Assembly (NCBI GenBank): GCA_038087875.1
Contig: CM075993.1
Span: 7,938,001 to 8,002,000 of the forward strand
Direction: 5' to 3'
Origin: Malacoraja senta
Taxonomy: Eukaryota
DNA: 64,000 bases
The position numbers and the translations under genes were made by a program. The notes under the pieces were generated by a model. That model saw nothing but the letters and a program-made list of their open reading frames with translations. It did not search any database and was not told where the DNA came from. Shown one piece after another: positions 63,280 to 64,000 of the stretch (position 1 is the first letter of the stretch; the number at the start of each line of letters is the position of its first letter).

Positions 63280-64000
63280 AGGAAGAGGGGAGTTTCCCAA
63301 ATTGCTAATCATAAAAGCGGAATCAGCAAACTTAATATCATATTTGTACAATATTATCTTAAATGCACAAATACCATCTACGGAGGGTATCAGAAGAGAC
63401 TGGGAACAAAAGTTAGCTATTAAAATTTCAAAGGAAAGTTGGAATGAATACTTATTAAAAGTGCATAAATGCTCGATTAATGTAAGACACACTTTAATAC
63501 AATTTAAAATTTTACATAGATTATATTATTCAAAAACTAAAATTCATAAAATTTTCCCAAACGTATCATCTATTTGTGATAAATGTCAATCCCAAGAAGC
63601 AACTATAGCGCACTCATTTGTCTTCTGTACAAAAATTCAAAAATTTTGGAATGAAATTTTTGAAATCTTTACAAAGTTATTTAAAACAAGACTGATACCC
63701 AAAGCAGAATGGATTATCTTCGGAATAACGGAAGATGATCCAGAACTAAATGTGTTTCAAAAGAAATTAATGGATTATGGGTTAATAACTGGAAAAAAGC
63801 TAATTCTAAAATTTTGGAAGAAGGCTCCAATACCAACTATAAATATGTGGATTTCAAATATGTTTGAAACATTACACCTTGAAGAGATAAGACTCCTCCT
63901 AGCAGGTAAACCAGATCACTTCCACCTGACGTGGTCTGCATTTATAGAATTATTACAAACATAGGGTGCAAAAGTACTTTAAAAAAAATAAAAAATTGAG
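63280..64000 (+). mobile_element. 5'-truncated L1 3' fragment (ORF2 C-terminal Cys-rich domain, 63302-63964), antisense in a SIN3A intron
   Basis: QFKILHRLYY...CDKC...HSFVFC.KIQKFW, the CCHC-type L1 ORF2 end. Confidence 0.88.

Overview
This is repeat-dense vertebrate genomic DNA, most likely from a cartilaginous fish such as a skate or ray. That is inferred from the HE1-like V-SINEs, CR1/HER1-like LINEs and Deu-domain SINEs. Two spliced genes lie on the minus strand in the same order as on human 15q24. The first is the last four coding exons and long 3'UTR of SIN3A (about 52.5-62.7 kb). The second is 15 consecutive in-frame exons of cytosolic alpha-mannosidase MAN2C1 (6.3-46.8 kb). MAN2C1 exons 1-2 were not found and probably lie in the N gap at 48177-48376; its 3' exons continue left of the window. 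Introns hold two near-identical young CR1 LINEs (one full length), L1 pieces, Penelope-derived repeats, SINEs, Harbinger-type and P/hAT-type MITEs, and solo LTRs. The most striking signal is RNA structure. (1) Three TSD-flanked copies of a roughly 140-bp retroposon begin exactly at G1 of a compact CPEB3/HDV-like self-cleaving ribozyme and end in (AAG)n. (2) About 20 copies of a minimal hammerhead ribozyme motif are carried by Penelope-like repeats. All calls were made by eye; no database search or folding software was run.
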